Position numbers and translations under genes: made by a program. From Pseudomonadota bacterium (lineage in GTDB: Bacteria > Pseudomonadota > Gammaproteobacteria > Burkholderiales > Thiobacillaceae), in NCBI GenBank assembly GCA_040756115.1, contig JBFLZP010000005.1:26885-90884 (forward strand): a DNA stretch of 64,000 nt. The letters run 5' to 3'. The notes under the pieces are model-generated. The model searched no databases and was not told where the DNA came from. It saw nothing but the letters and a program-made list of their open reading frames with translations. Shown here one piece after another: positions 22,867 through 33,071 of the stretch; within the stretch, counting starts at the first letter, position 1, and every line of letters begins with the position of its first letter.

Positions 22867-23394
22867 TTATGCTTCCAGTTCTTCGTAAACCTCGCCGACC
22901 TCGGCGATGAGCTTGTCCATGAAACGCAACTGGCGCACGGCCTCCCGCGCGCCCTCGTAATCCCGAGCCAGGTCGATCAGCTCGGCCAGCCGTGCCTCGA
23001 TGCGCCGATGCGCGGTGCGCAGCTCATCGGTCAGGGCATCGAGCGCTTCGACACGCTTTCCCGCCCGCGCCTCGTCGATGGCCTCGCGCCACGCCATCTG
23101 CTGCATCAGAAAGTCCGGTGCCATTTTGGTGTCATGCGCATCGAGCGCGTCGACGCCCTGCAGTTTCAGCAGGTATACGCCACGGTTGACCGGATGCTTG
23201 AGCGTTTGATAAGCCTCGTTCACCCGGGTCGCCCACTGCATCGCCACCCGCTGCTCGGCTTCCGGCTGCGCGGCGAAGCGGTCGGGATGCACGGCGTTCT
23301 GCAGTTCGCGATACGCCGCGTCGAGACGATCACGATCGAGCGCGTAGGTCGGCGGCAGGCCGAAGAGTTCGAAGTGGGTGCGGGAGAAATCCAT
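22867..23394 (-). CDS. hscB: Fe-S cluster co-chaperone HscB (J-domain)
   Basis: Start at ATG 23394 (MDFSRTHFELFGLP). The J-domain HPD motif lies in LQNAVHPDRF, followed by a C-terminal helical domain. Confidence 0.9.
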   Translation of the reverse strand: MDFSRTHFELFGLPPTYALDRDRLDAAYRELQNAVHPDRFAAQPEAEQRVAMQWATRVNEAYQTLKHPVNRGVYLLKLQGVDALDAHDTKMAPDFLMQQMAWREAIDEARAGKRVEALDALTDELRTAHRRIEARLAELIDLARDYEGAREAVRQLRFMDKLIAEVGEVYEELEA

Positions 23395-23454
23395 TGTCAG
23401 GGGCCAGGACTCAGGCATCAGGATTCAGGGGGCTTGCATGCTCGCGTCGTTCTG

Positions 23455-23476
23455 GCAAAACGCGGCCGAAGGCCGT
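23455..23476 (-). terminator. Small hairpin + T4 in the iscA-hscB spacer; possible intra-operon attenuator
   Basis: The minus strand reads CGGCC-TTC-GGCCG followed by CGTTTT (T-run at 23457-23460). It is nested inside a longer inverted repeat (23421-23434 with 23482-23493). The stem is only 5 bp. Confidence 0.3.
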
Positions 23477-23507
23477 ACTGCAGCCCTGAATCCCGGCCCT
23501 TGATCAC

Positions 23508-23831
23508 TTAAACGTTGAACGACTCGCCGCAGCCGCACTCGTTCTTCACGTTCGGGTTATTGAACTTGAATCCCTCGTTGAGACCTTCGCGGGCGTAGTC
23601 GAGCTCGGTCCCGTCGATGTACGGCAGGCTCTTGGGGTCGACGAACACGGTCACGCCGTGGCTGGTGAAGACCTCGTCGCCCTCGGGCACCTCGTCGGCG
23701 AATTCCAGCTTGTAGGCCATGCCGGAACAGCCGGTCGTGCGCACGCCCAGGCGGATGCCGACGCCCTTGCCGCGTTTGGCGAGGAAGTTGCTGACGTGCT
23801 GTGCAGCGCGTTCGGACAGGGTGACCGCCAT
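23508..23831 (-). CDS. iscA: Iron-sulfur cluster carrier protein IscA
   Basis: 107 aa; [12 protein letters not shown] and the C-terminal NECGCGESF. Confidence 0.95.
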   Translation of the reverse strand: MAVTLSERAAQHVSNFLAKRGKGVGIRLGVRTTGCSGMAYKLEFADEVPEGDEVFTSHGVTVFVDPKSLPYIDGTELDYAREGLNEGFKFNNPNVKNECGCGESFNV

Positions 23832-23834
23832 GGC

Positions 23835-24221
23835 TTACTCCAGCCCTTTTTTCTGCTTGTAGTCGGCGACGGCGGCCTTGATCGCGTCCTCGGCGAGGAT
23901 CGAGCAGTGGATCTTCACCGGCGGCAGCGCGAGTTCCTCGGCGATCGCGGTGTTCTTGATTTCCATCGCCTGGTCGAGCGTCTTGCCCTTGACCCATTCG
24001 GTCACCAGCGAGCTGGAAGCGATCGCCGAACCGCAGCCGTAGGTCTTGAACTTGGCGTCCTCGATGATGCCATCCGGGCCGACCTTGATCTGCAGTTTCA
24101 TGACGTCGCCGCAGGCGGGCGCGCCGACCATGCCGGTGCCGACGCCCTCTTCTTCCTTGGCGAAGGAACCGACGTTGCGGGGGTTCTCGTAGTGATCGAG
24201 GACTTTTTCGCTGTAGGACAT
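23835..24221 (-). CDS. iscU: Fe-S cluster scaffold IscU
   Basis: 128 aa; GAPACGDVMKLQI, FKTYGCGSAIASSS, LPPVKIHCS. Confidence 0.96.
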   Translation of the reverse strand: MSYSEKVLDHYENPRNVGSFAKEEEGVGTGMVGAPACGDVMKLQIKVGPDGIIEDAKFKTYGCGSAIASSSLVTEWVKGKTLDQAMEIKNTAIAEELALPPVKIHCSILAEDAIKAAVADYKQKKGLE

Positions 24222-24243
24222 GGTGTTCTCCTTGACTTCAGAT

Positions 24244-25452
24244 TCAATGTGCAGCCCACTGCACGGTATTCAGGTCGATGCCTTCCTTGTACATCTCCCA
24301 CAACGGGGAGAGTTCGCGCAGCTTGCCGATCTTTTCGTGGAGGAGCTTGATCGCATAGTCGACTTCCTCCTCGGTGGTGAAACGGCCGATCGAGAAGCGG
24401 ATCGAGCTGTGCGCGAGCTCGTCGGAGCGGCCCAGCGCGCGCAGCACGTAGGACGGCTCGAGGCTGGCCGAGGTGCAGGCGGAGCCCGACGACACCGCGA
24501 GATCCCTGATCGCCATGATCAGCGACTCGCCTTCGACGAAGTTGAAGCTGACGTTGAGGTTGTGCGGCACGCGGCGGTCCATGTCGCCATTGAGATGCAC
24601 TTCCTCGATGTCCTTCAGCCCCGCATACAGGCGGTCGCGCAGCATGCGGATGCGCTCGTTCTCGGTCGCCATCTCTTCCTTGGCGATGCGGAAAGCCTCG
24701 CCCATGCCGACGATCTGGTGCGTCGCCAGCGTGCCGGAGCGCATGCCGCGCTCGTGGCCGCCGCCGTGCATCTGCGCTTCGAGGCGGATGCGCGGCTTGC
24801 GGCGCACGTACAGCGCGCCGATGCCCTTGGGGCCGTAGGTCTTGTGCGCCGAGAACGACATCAGGTCGACCGGCAGCGTCTTCAGGTCGATCGGCATCTT
24901 GCCGGTGGCCTGGGCGGCGTCGACGTGGAAGATCACGCCCTTCTCGCGGCAGATCTTGCCGATGGCGTCGATGTCCTGGATCACGCCGATTTCGTTGTTG
25001 ACCGCCATCACCGAGGCCAGCACGGTGTCGGGGCGGATCGCGTCGCGGAATTCGTCGAGGTCGATGAGGCCGTTCTCCTTCACGCCCAGGTAGGTCGCTT
25101 CGAATCCCTGGCGCTCCATCTCGCGCACGGTGTCGAGCACGGCCTTGTGCTCGGTCCTCACGGTGATGATGTGCTTGCCCTTGGTGCCCGAGTAAAAGTG
25201 ACCGGCGCCCTTGATGGCGAGGTTGTTCGATTCGGTGGCGCCCGAGGTGAAGACGATTTCTTTGGGATCGGCACCGACGAGCGCGGCAATGTGGCCGCGT
25301 GCGGTCTCGACGGCTTCCTCGGCTTCCCAGCCATAGGGATGCGAGCGCGAGGCCGGGTTGCCGAAGTGCTCGGTCAGGTAGGGAATCATCTTTTCGGCGA
25401 CGCGCGGGTCGACGGGAGTGGTGGCGGAGTAGTCGAAGTAAAACGGTTTCAT
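24244..25452 (-). CDS. iscS: Cysteine desulfurase IscS
   Basis: 402 aa; PLP-lysine region [12 protein letters not shown], active-site loop SSGSACTS, ending WAAH. Confidence 0.96.
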   Translation of the reverse strand: MKPFYFDYSATTPVDPRVAEKMIPYLTEHFGNPASRSHPYGWEAEEAVETARGHIAALVGADPKEIVFTSGATESNNLAIKGAGHFYSGTKGKHIITVRTEHKAVLDTVREMERQGFEATYLGVKENGLIDLDEFRDAIRPDTVLASVMAVNNEIGVIQDIDAIGKICREKGVIFHVDAAQATGKMPIDLKTLPVDLMSFSAHKTYGPKGIGALYVRRKPRIRLEAQMHGGGHERGMRSGTLATHQIVGMGEAFRIAKEEMATENERIRMLRDRLYAGLKDIEEVHLNGDMDRRVPHNLNVSFNFVEGESLIMAIRDLAVSSGSACTSASLEPSYVLRALGRSDELAHSSIRFSIGRFTTEEEVDYAIKLLHEKIGKLRELSPLWEMYKEGIDLNTVQWAAH

Positions 25453-25477
25453 CTTTTGTATGCCCTGATCGATGCGT

Positions 25478-25939
25478 TCAAGCGACCAACGAAATCTTGG
25501 AGCCGCGGCGGTCCTGCATCACCTTGTCCTTGCACTCGTCCTGCTTGGCGACCAGCGACGCCAGCGTGACGTTGTCGAGGTAATCGTAGATATGGGCATT
25601 GAGCCCCGTCCACAGGTCGTGGGTGAGACAGCGGTGCTCGTCGTGGCAGTTTTCCTTGCCGCCGCACTGGGTCGCGTCGATCGGCTCGTCCACGGCGCGA
25701 ATGATATCTGCCACGCTCACCGCGTCGAGCGGCTTGGCGAGGTAGTAGCCGCCACCGGGGCCGCGCACGCTTTCGACCAGCGCATGCCGGCGCAGGCGGC
25801 TGAACAGCTGCTCCAGATACGACAGCGAAATGTCCTGGCGCTCGCTGATGCCGGCCAGCGTCACTGGATGCTTGCCGCCGCGCAAGGCCAGATCGAGCAT
25901 GGCGGTGACGGCGAAACGACCCTTGGTAGTCAATCTCAT
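25478..25939 (-). CDS. iscR: Fe-S cluster regulator IscR (Rrf2 family)
   Basis: [19 protein letters not shown] wHTH, plus Cys ligand region [23 protein letters not shown] 25939 is preferred (GGAG 9 nt upstream); the listed start at 25942 is a GTG one codon earlier. Confidence 0.92.
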   Translation of the reverse strand: MRLTTKGRFAVTAMLDLALRGGKHPVTLAGISERQDISLSYLEQLFSRLRRHALVESVRGPGGGYYLAKPLDAVSVADIIRAVDEPIDATQCGGKENCHDEHRCLTHDLWTGLNAHIYDYLDNVTLASLVAKQDECKDKVMQDRRGSKISLVA

Positions 25940-25965
25940 CACGGTTCTCCTGAAAATTCGCCCGA

Positions 25966-25994
25966 ATCATAAAATTCCCGAGCATTTCAGTCAA
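25966..25994 (-). promoter_or_regulatory. Candidate sigma-70 promoter of iscR
   Basis: The minus strand reads TTGACT (25994-25989), a 17-nt spacer, then TATGAT (25971-25966), about 27 nt upstream of the iscR ATG. The -35 element lies inside IscR-like site A. Confidence 0.5.
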
Positions 25995-25998
25995 CTAT
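25974..25998 (-). promoter_or_regulatory. IscR type-1-like operator, site A
   Basis: The minus strand reads ATAGTTGACTGAAATGCTCGGGAAT. The remembered E. coli type-1 consensus is ATASYYGACTRWWWYAGTCRRSTAT. The left half matches perfectly and the right half partially. Confidence 0.6.
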
Positions 25999-26001
25999 TG
26001 C

Positions 26002-26026
26002 TTACCTTAACAATTTAGTCAACTAT
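26002..26026 (-). promoter_or_regulatory. IscR type-1-like operator, site B
   Basis: The minus strand reads ATAGTTGACTAAATTGTTAAGGTAA. The left half ATAGTTGACT is identical to site A, 28 bp away; the right half is weak. Overlaps the cysE stop codon. Confidence 0.45.
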
Positions 26027-26773
26027 TTTATTCAAATAGTTCGGGTCGAAATCGTCCGGCTTATCCTGCCCGGCGGGCAGTTCCGCGCCCAGCTTCTGCA
26101 GCTGCGCCAGGATCAGGTCCAGACGCTGGTCGATGTGTGCCGAATGATCGATCAGACCGTGGATCGCCTTCACCACCGGATCATTCATGTCGGCCGAGAT
26201 CGCATAGGCCGAGAAGCCGAGTTTTTCGGCCTGGCGGTTGCGCTCTTTCTCGGCGGCGCTGTCGAGGATGCGCGCCGGGATGCCGACCGCCGTGGCGTCG
26301 TCGGGCACGTCCTTGACCACCACGGCGTTGGAGCCGACGCGCGCGTTGGCCCCGACGGTGATCGGCCCCAGGATCTTGGCGCCCGCCCCGACGACCACCC
26401 CGCTTTTCAGCGTGGGATGGCGCTTGCCCTTGTTCCACGAGGTGCCGCCCAGGGTCACGCCGTGATACAGGGTGCAGTCGTCGCCGATCTCGGCGGTCTC
26501 GCCGATGACGACACCCATGCCGTGGTCGATGAAGACGCGGCGGCCGATGGTCGCGCCCGGATGGATTTCGATGCCGGTCAGCCAGCGGCCCACATAAGAG
26601 GTGAAGCGCGCCAGCCATTTCCAGTGCATGCGCCACAGCCGGTGCGCCAGGCGGTGGATGAGCATGGCGTGAAAGCCCGGATAGGTCGTCACGACCTCGA
26701 AAGTCGAGCGCGCGGCGGGGTCGCGCTCGAACACGACCGCGATGTCTTCCTTGAGTTGTTGGACGAGGCTCAT
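26015..26773 (-). CDS. cysE: Serine O-acetyltransferase
   Basis: 252 aa. N-terminal SATase helices ([21 protein letters not shown]) followed by left-handed beta-helix hexapeptide repeats ([34 protein letters not shown]). Confidence 0.9.
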   Translation of the reverse strand: MSLVQQLKEDIAVVFERDPAARSTFEVVTTYPGFHAMLIHRLAHRLWRMHWKWLARFTSYVGRWLTGIEIHPGATIGRRVFIDHGMGVVIGETAEIGDDCTLYHGVTLGGTSWNKGKRHPTLKSGVVVGAGAKILGPITVGANARVGSNAVVVKDVPDDATAVGIPARILDSAAEKERNRQAEKLGFSAYAISADMNDPVVKAIHGLIDHSAHIDQRLDLILAQLQKLGAELPAGQDKPDDFDPNYLNKIVD

Positions 26774-26787
26774 GCGCGAAGAATGCT

Positions 26788-26812
26788 TATCCTGAGTAAT
26801 TTAGTCAACCAT
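26788..26812 (-). promoter_or_regulatory. Third IscR type-1-like operator, upstream of cysE
   Basis: The minus strand reads ATGGTTGACTAAATTACTCAGGATA, 15-39 nt upstream of the cysE ATG and spanning the trmJ stop codon. It shares the TTGACTAAATT core with site B. Confidence 0.45.
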
Positions 26813-27566
26813 TGCGCGGAACGGTGCCGGCCGCCCGCTTCGCCACCTGGGCCGCGGTGAGGATGCCGCGCAGGATGTTCACTTCTTCCTTCGCCAGGCG
26901 GGTGCGGGAAAACAGCCGGCGCAGCTTCAGCATGAGCTTGCCGGGCGATCCGGGGTTGAGGAATTCGAGTTCGGCCAGCGCGGTTTCCAGGTGGGTGTAG
27001 AGATTCTCGATCTCCTCGCCCGTCGCGGATTCGAATCCAGGCTGCGGCCAGCTCGCGCGCCCGAGCCAGGCCTGGCGGATTTCGTAGCACAACACCTGCA
27101 CGGCGGCGGCAAGATTGAGCGAGCTGTATTCCGGGTTGGCGGGGATGGTCACGAGGCCCTGGCACAGGCTCAATTCCTCGTTCGACAGTCCGCTGGTCTC
27201 GTTGCCGAACACCAGCGCCACCGGCCCGGCCTGCGCCTCGCCCAACAGACGGGCCGACGCCTCGGGCGGGGTCAGCACCTCGGCGACGATGTCGCGGCGG
27301 CGCGCCGACACGCCGAGCGCGAGCCGGGTGTCGGCAAGCGCCTCGGCCAGCGTCGGGTACACGCGGGCGCCTGCCAGGACATCGACCGCCCCCGAGGCCA
27401 TGGCGTCGGCCTGGCTGTTGGGGAAGACGGCGGGGTCGACCAGCACCAGGTCGGTAAGCCCCATGGTCTTCATCGCGCGCGCGGCAGCGCCGATGTTGCC
27501 GGGATGGCTGGTGCGCGCAAGCACGATGCGAATGTTGGCGAGAAGCTGGGGATTCGGTTGCGTCAT
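26805..27566 (-). CDS. trmJ: tRNA (cytidine/uridine-2'-O)-methyltransferase TrmJ (SpoU family)
   Basis: Start at ATG 27566 ([36 protein letters not shown]); FGNETSGL and [10 protein letters not shown]. The longer listed ORF extends across the divergent suhB start and was rejected. Confidence 0.87.
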   Translation of the reverse strand: MTQPNPQLLANIRIVLARTSHPGNIGAAARAMKTMGLTDLVLVDPAVFPNSQADAMASGAVDVLAGARVYPTLAEALADTRLALGVSARRRDIVAEVLTPPEASARLLGEAQAGPVALVFGNETSGLSNEELSLCQGLVTIPANPEYSSLNLAAAVQVLCYEIRQAWLGRASWPQPGFESATGEEIENLYTHLETALAELEFLNPGSPGKLMLKLRRLFSRTRLAKEEVNILRGILTAAQVAKRAAGTVPRNG

Positions 27567-27611
27567 CCAGTAAAATGCGGGGCTCGTTCTTTGAAACCCG
27601 TGATCCTTGCC

Positions 27612-28418
27612 ATGCATCCCATGCTCAATACGGCGGTGAAGGCCGCCCGCAAAGCCGGGGCGATCATCAATCGCGCCTCGCTCGAACTCGACCAGCTCAC
27701 CGTGCGGAGCAAACAGGACCGCGACTACGTCAGCGAGGTCGACCAGATGGCTGAACGCGCCATCATCGAAACCCTGCTCGACGCCTATCCAAATCACGGG
27801 ATTCTAGCAGAGGAGTCCGGCACGGCCGACGCCAAAAACGGCGAGGACTACGTGTGGATCATCGATCCGCTCGACGGCACCACCAACTTCCTGCACGGCC
27901 TGCCGCAATACTCGGTGTCCATCGCACTGAAACACAAGGGCCAGATCACCCAGGCCGTCGTATTCGACCCGACGCGCAACGAGCTCTTCACCGCCAGCCG
28001 CGGCCGCGGCGCCATGCTCAACGACCGCCGCATCCGCGCCAGCAAGCGCAGCAAGATGAGCGAATGCCTGATCGGCACCGGCTTCCCCTTCCGCGATTTC
28101 AGCTTCGCCGAGGCCTACCTCAACATGTTCCGCGACATGATGAAAGCGACTTCGGGCCTGCGTCGCCCCGGTTCGGCCGCGCTCGACCTCGCCTGGGTCG
28201 CCTGCGGCCGTTACGACGGCTTCTGGGAAATGCGCCTCAACCCCTGGGACATCGCCGCCGGCAGCCTCATCGCGCAGGAAGCCGGCGCGCTGGTCGGCAA
28301 TTTCCTGGGCAACGAAGGCTTCCTCGAATCGGGCAACATCGTCGCCGGCAACCCCAAGGTCTTCGCGCAGATGCTGCAGATCCTCGCCCCGCACCTGCCG
28401 CCCGAACTGAAAGTCTGA
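27612..28418 (+). CDS. suhB: Inositol monophosphatase family protein SuhB
   Basis: 268 aa from ATG 27612 ([16 protein letters not shown]); [16 protein letters not shown] and WDIAAG. Confidence 0.9.
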   Translation: MHPMLNTAVKAARKAGAIINRASLELDQLTVRSKQDRDYVSEVDQMAERAIIETLLDAYPNHGILAEESGTADAKNGEDYVWIIDPLDGTTNFLHGLPQYSVSIALKHKGQITQAVVFDPTRNELFTASRGRGAMLNDRRIRASKRSKMSECLIGTGFPFRDFSFAEAYLNMFRDMMKATSGLRRPGSAALDLAWVACGRYDGFWEMRLNPWDIAAGSLIAQEAGALVGNFLGNEGFLESGNIVAGNPKVFAQMLQILAPHLPPELKV

Positions 28419-28430
28419 CGCCGCCTGCCC

Positions 28431-31010
28431 ATGAGCGCCGCCAAGGAGGCCGCCGCCCACACGCCGATGATGCAGCAGTACCTCGGCATCAAGGCGCAGC
28501 ATCCGGACATGCTGCTGTTCTACCGCATGGGCGACTTCTATGAGCTGTTCTTCGAGGACGCCGAGAAGGCCGCGCGCCTGCTCAACATTACCCTGACGAC
28601 GCGCGGCGTGTCGGCCGGCAGCCCGATCAAGATGGCGGGCGTGCCCTACCACAGCGCCGAGCAATACCTCGCGCGCCTCTTGAAGCTGGGCGAATCGGTG
28701 GTCATCGCCGAGCAGGTCGGCGACCCCGCCACCAGCAAAGGCCCGGTCGAGCGCCAGGTCACGCGCATCGTCACCCCCGGCACGCTGACCGATTCGGGCC
28801 TGCTCGACGAGACGCGCGACACGCTGATCATGGCGGTCGCACCGGGCGGCGGCACGCTGGGGGCGGCCTGGCTCAACCTCGCCGCCGGGCGCTTCCAGGT
28901 CGCGGAAATCGCCCCGTCCGCCCTGCCCGCCCTGCTCGCGCGCATCCGCCCGGCGGAGATCCTCGCGCCTGACGATTTCGATTTCGCCGCCCCGTGCGCT
29001 GAAAGCGCATCGATCAAAGCAGGCGCGGTACGCCGCCTGGCGCCGTGGCAGTTCGATCCGGTCAGCGCCGAGGCACGGCTTGCGCAGCAGTTCGGCAGCC
29101 GCGACCTTGCCGGTTTCGGCGTCGCCGACCTGCGGCTTGCCATCGCCGCCGCCGGTGCCCTGCTCGACTACATCCAGGCCACCCAGCGCACCGCGCTGCC
29201 GCACCTCCAGTCCATCCGCGCCGAGCGCGACGGCGAATTCGTCCAGCTCGACGCCGCCACGCGGCGCAACCTCGAACTCACCGAGACGCTGCGCGGCGAA
29301 GCGGCGCCGACCCTGCTCTCCGTGCTCGACACCACTGCGACCGGGATGGGCACGCGGCTGTTGCGCCACTGGTTGCATCATCCGCTGCGCGACCGTGCGG
29401 TCCTTGCCGCGCGGCGCGACGCCATCGGCGTGCTCGCCGAGGCGCCCGACACCGCCGCCACGCTCAACCGGCTCCTGAAAGGCTGCGCCGACGTCGAGCG
29501 CATCGGCGGCCGCATCGCGCTCAGGAACGCGCGCCCGCGCGACCTCTCCGGCCTGCGCGACACGCTCGCGCGCCTGCCCGACCTCGCCGCCACCCTGCCC
29601 GACGACGGCGCGCGGCTGGCTGCGCTCAAGGCGGCGCTCGCCGCCCGCCCCGATCTCCATGCCCTGCTCGCGCGCGCGATCCAGCCCGAGCCCGCGAGCG
29701 TGCTGCGCGAAGGCGGCGTCATCGCCGACGGGTTTGATGCCGAGCTCGACGAGTTGCGCGCGCTGACGCGCGACGCGGGATCTTTCCTGCTTGAACTGGA
29801 AACGCGCGAGCGCGCGCGCACCGGCATCGGCAATCTCAAGGTCGAATACAACAAGGTGCACGGTTTCTACATCGAGGTCAGCCGCGCGCAGGCCGACAAG
29901 ACGCCGGTGCCCGACGACTACCGCCGCCGCCAGACGCTGAAGAACGCCGAGCGTTACATCACGCCGGAACTCAAGGCCTTCGAGGACCGCGCGCTGTCGG
30001 CGCAGGACCGCGCGCTGGCGCGCGAGAAGTTCCTGTTCGAGGCGCTGCTCGACACGCTGACGCCGCACGTGCCGGACCTGCTTGCGATTGCCGCGGCACT
30101 CGCCGAGCTCGACGTGCTGGCAAGCCAGGCCGAGCGCGCCGGCACGCTGAAGCTGTGCGCGCCCGAATACACCAGCGAGCCCGGCATCGTCATCCGCGGC
30201 GGCCGCCATCCCGTGGTCGAAGCGCAGGTCGACCACTTCATCCCCAACGACGTCACGCTTTCCCGCGCCCGCCAGATGCTGCTCATCACCGGCCCCAACA
30301 TGGGCGGCAAGTCGACCTACATGCGCCAGGTCGCGCTGATCACGCTGATGGCGTGCTGCGGCCTGTGGGTGCCGGCGACGTCGGCGAAAATCGGCGACGT
30401 CGACCAGATCTTCACCCGCATCGGCGCCTCCGACGACCTCGCCGGCGGGCGCTCGACCTTCATGGTCGAGATGACCGAGACCGCGCACATCCTGCACAAC
30501 GCCAGCGCGAACAGTCTTGTATTGCTCGACGAGATCGGCCGCGGCACCTCCACCTTCGACGGCCTCGCGCTGGCGTGGGCGGTCGCGCGCCACCTCGTCA
30601 CCGCCACCCGCGCGTTCACCCTCTTCGCCACCCACTATTTCGAGCTGACCCAGCTGGCGCAGGAATTCCGCCAGCTCGCCAACGTCCACCTCGACGCCAG
30701 GGAGCACGGCACCGACCTGGTGTTCCTGCACGCGGTGGAAGAAGGCCCGGCCTCGCAAAGCTACGGCATCCAGGTCGCGCGGCTCGCCGGCGTGCCGAGC
30801 CCGGTGATCCAGGCGGCGCGCCGCCACCTGCGTGAACTCGAGGACGCGCAACTGCAGCCCGGCCCGCAGGGCGACCTCTTCGCCGCCCCCCCGCCCAACG
30901 ACCAGGCGCCGCCGCATCCCGCGCTCGACCAGCTGCGCGAACTCGACCCCGACACGCTCACCCCGAAGGCGGCGCTCGACATGCTCTACGCGCTCAAGGC
31001 GATGCTATGA
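28431..31010 (+). CDS. mutS: DNA mismatch repair protein MutS
   Basis: 859 aa; [34 protein letters not shown], Walker [16 protein letters not shown], and [16 protein letters not shown]. Confidence 0.96.
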   Translation: MSAAKEAAAHTPMMQQYLGIKAQHPDMLLFYRMGDFYELFFEDAEKAARLLNITLTTRGVSAGSPIKMAGVPYHSAEQYLARLLKLGESVVIAEQVGDPATSKGPVERQVTRIVTPGTLTDSGLLDETRDTLIMAVAPGGGTLGAAWLNLAAGRFQVAEIAPSALPALLARIRPAEILAPDDFDFAAPCAESASIKAGAVRRLAPWQFDPVSAEARLAQQFGSRDLAGFGVADLRLAIAAAGALLDYIQATQRTALPHLQSIRAERDGEFVQLDAATRRNLELTETLRGEAAPTLLSVLDTTATGMGTRLLRHWLHHPLRDRAVLAARRDAIGVLAEAPDTAATLNRLLKGCADVERIGGRIALRNARPRDLSGLRDTLARLPDLAATLPDDGARLAALKAALAARPDLHALLARAIQPEPASVLREGGVIADGFDAELDELRALTRDAGSFLLELETRERARTGIGNLKVEYNKVHGFYIEVSRAQADKTPVPDDYRRRQTLKNAERYITPELKAFEDRALSAQDRALAREKFLFEALLDTLTPHVPDLLAIAAALAELDVLASQAERAGTLKLCAPEYTSEPGIVIRGGRHPVVEAQVDHFIPNDVTLSRARQMLLITGPNMGGKSTYMRQVALITLMACCGLWVPATSAKIGDVDQIFTRIGASDDLAGGRSTFMVEMTETAHILHNASANSLVLLDEIGRGTSTFDGLALAWAVARHLVTATRAFTLFATHYFELTQLAQEFRQLANVHLDAREHGTDLVFLHAVEEGPASQSYGIQVARLAGVPSPVIQAARRHLRELEDAQLQPGPQGDLFAAPPPNDQAPPHPALDQLRELDPDTLTPKAALDMLYALKAML

Positions 31011-31276
31011 AAACCCTGCGCCTGGACACCACCGAGCTCGACCTCGACTTCAACGCCCTGCTGAAACTGGCGACGGCCATCGCCGAACACCTGCTGGGCA
31101 ACGAGACGATGCTGCTTTCCTGGTACGACCGCGAGCGCGACCTGGAATCCCCGGCCGGCGTCAGCGAATGCCACGAAGGCTGCGCGACCAAAGGGTCGTG
31201 GGACTACGCGCTGAATCGCGGCGCGCGGCTGGCGGTGGAGTTCAATTCCGGCCGGTTCTACTTCTGCTTTCTTTAG
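31007..31276 (+). CDS. Small hypothetical protein (89 aa) with a CHEGC motif, translationally coupled to mutS
   Basis: ATG 31007 overlaps the mutS TGA (ATGA). The pattern MKTLRLD..LDLDF....MLLSWYDRE...C.EGC..GSWDYA..RGA.L.VEFN.G.FYF resembles small proteins I recall being annotated as the AF1514 family, but this is unverified. Confidence 0.5.
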   Translation: MKTLRLDTTELDLDFNALLKLATAIAEHLLGNETMLLSWYDRERDLESPAGVSECHEGCATKGSWDYALNRGARLAVEFNSGRFYFCFL

Positions 31277-31340
31277 GCGCGTATCCGATGTTCGGGCCGG
31301 CGCGGCCGAATCGCAATGTTGCCGAATGCCGGCATGCAGG

Positions 31341-33071
31341 TTACAGACCGTGTTCCGCGAGCAGTTCGATGATGCGGCGTTTCTGCCGGCCGTCGGTCAG
31401 TGGCGAGGTTTCCAGCCATGCGGCCAAGGAAAACCCCGGGGCCAGCATTCTGATTTCCTCTGCCTCCCATCGCGCCGCTTCGGCATTGCCCCGGGCAGCG
31501 TTGGTCGCCGCAAGGAAAACCCGTGTTTCCAGATTGGCTGGGTTACGCATCAAGGCTTCATTCAGGTTGATCAGCGCCTGCTCGGTTTCGTCCAGGAAGA
31601 AATAGGCCTCCCCCACCGCCATGTAATAAAGGTAGCCGGCATCCGGGTTGAGCCGCATGCCGTAACGCAACAGAGGAAGCGCTTTGGCAGGCTCGCCGGC
31701 GTAGCCATAGACCGCTCCCATCAGGGCGTAGCCATCGGCATAGGAGGGATCGAGCGCGATGGCACGCTTCAGGTGCTGGAGAGCCTCTGATGGTTGGTGT
31801 CGCTGCATGTGCACATAGGCGAGCACCCAGTAGACCTCCCGCACGTCAGGGTTGATTTCCCTTGCGGTGTTGGCCAGTTCCATCGCGTGCTTGAGCGCAT
31901 CAACGCCGGCGCTGCTCCACTGATAGCGGTAGTCGTTCGCGTAGGTCATAGCCAGCCCGGCATGGGCGCGGGCAAAGCCGGGATCGAGGGCAGCCGCCTG
32001 GCGATAGAGCTCGCGCGCCTGGCGATTTTCGTCCTGCTGATGCGTGAGATGGGCTGCATAGGCGCGCAGGAACAGGTCGTAGGCCTCGAGATTGCGGGTA
32101 TGGCTGGCGGCCAACCGCCGCCGCTCGGTTTCGCTCACCTTGACCGCAAGTACCTGCACCAGCTGCTCGACGATCTCTTCCTGGATGGCAATCAGGTCGC
32201 GCCGGGGCCGTGCATAACGCTCAGCCCAGAGTTGCCGACCGGATGCGGCATCAAGCAGCCAGACGTTGATCTTGATGCTCTCCGGGCCGGGCTGCACATT
32301 GCCCGAGACGACGTAGTGCGATACGGCACGCGTGCCCGTTGCCCCTGCGAGGGCGGATTCGAGGGGCGCACGAATGACGCGAATTTCACTTAGCTGTGCC
32401 AGATCAGTGGCGAGATCGGTGGCAATACCGCGCGCTAGGTAATCCGGGTTGTCCTCCCCCAGCGAATCGAAGGGCAGAACAGTGAGGGTGGGCATGTTGC
32501 CGAATGCTGCAGTCTCGACAACCGGGGGAGCCGGCAATCCCCGCGCGGGACTGAGTGGTCCCAGCGCCATGAAGTAAGGAACGCCCGCCACGAACAGCAT
32601 GATCAACGATGCCAGACCAGCGGCCCAGACAAGCCGCCGGGTGTCCAACACGTTCGCCGCCGCCGGTCTTTCCCCGCGGCGGGCGCCGGCAACAGGTGCG
32701 TCACCCTGCCCTGCCCGAACCGTGGCGACCAGGCGGTAACCTCGCTTGGCAATGGTTTCGATATAGCGCGGTGAGCGGGTGTCGTCGCCCAGCGCCTTGC
32801 GCAGCTTGATCACAGCCTGGGTGAGGGTATCGTCACCCACCACGCTGCCCGACCAGACCGTGGCCAGGAGTTCTTCCCGGCTGATGACCTCGCCCGCGCG
32901 CCGGGCGAGCAACAGCAGAACGGCCATGGCCTTGGGCTCGAGATGCAGTGTTTCACCCTCCCGGCTCAGCCTGTTCGTCGCCGGATCGACCTGCCATTCG
33001 CCGATGCGAAGCCCGGAGGCTTCGGCGTGGCGGACATGGTTGCGAGGAAAAGACGATGAAGGCCCGTTCAT
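31341..33071 (-). CDS. Membrane-anchored one-component regulator: OmpR/CadC-type winged-helix DNA-binding domain, one TM helix, TolB-N-like domain, TPR repeats
   Basis: wHTH: WQVDPATNRLSREGETLHLEPKAMAVLLLLARRAGEVISREELL..VW..TLTQAVIKLRKALGD..YIETIAKRGYRL. TM helix: LVWAAGLASLIMLFVAGVPYFMAL. The C-terminal half has repeated TPR-like A..Y...G motifs. ATG 33071 is preferred; the listed start at 33119 is a TTG. Confidence 0.75.
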   Translation of the reverse strand: MNGPSSSFPRNHVRHAEASGLRIGEWQVDPATNRLSREGETLHLEPKAMAVLLLLARRAGEVISREELLATVWSGSVVGDDTLTQAVIKLRKALGDDTRSPRYIETIAKRGYRLVATVRAGQGDAPVAGARRGERPAAANVLDTRRLVWAAGLASLIMLFVAGVPYFMALGPLSPARGLPAPPVVETAAFGNMPTLTVLPFDSLGEDNPDYLARGIATDLATDLAQLSEIRVIRAPLESALAGATGTRAVSHYVVSGNVQPGPESIKINVWLLDAASGRQLWAERYARPRRDLIAIQEEIVEQLVQVLAVKVSETERRRLAASHTRNLEAYDLFLRAYAAHLTHQQDENRQARELYRQAAALDPGFARAHAGLAMTYANDYRYQWSSAGVDALKHAMELANTAREINPDVREVYWVLAYVHMQRHQPSEALQHLKRAIALDPSYADGYALMGAVYGYAGEPAKALPLLRYGMRLNPDAGYLYYMAVGEAYFFLDETEQALINLNEALMRNPANLETRVFLAATNAARGNAEAARWEAEEIRMLAPGFSLAAWLETSPLTDGRQKRRIIELLAEHGL

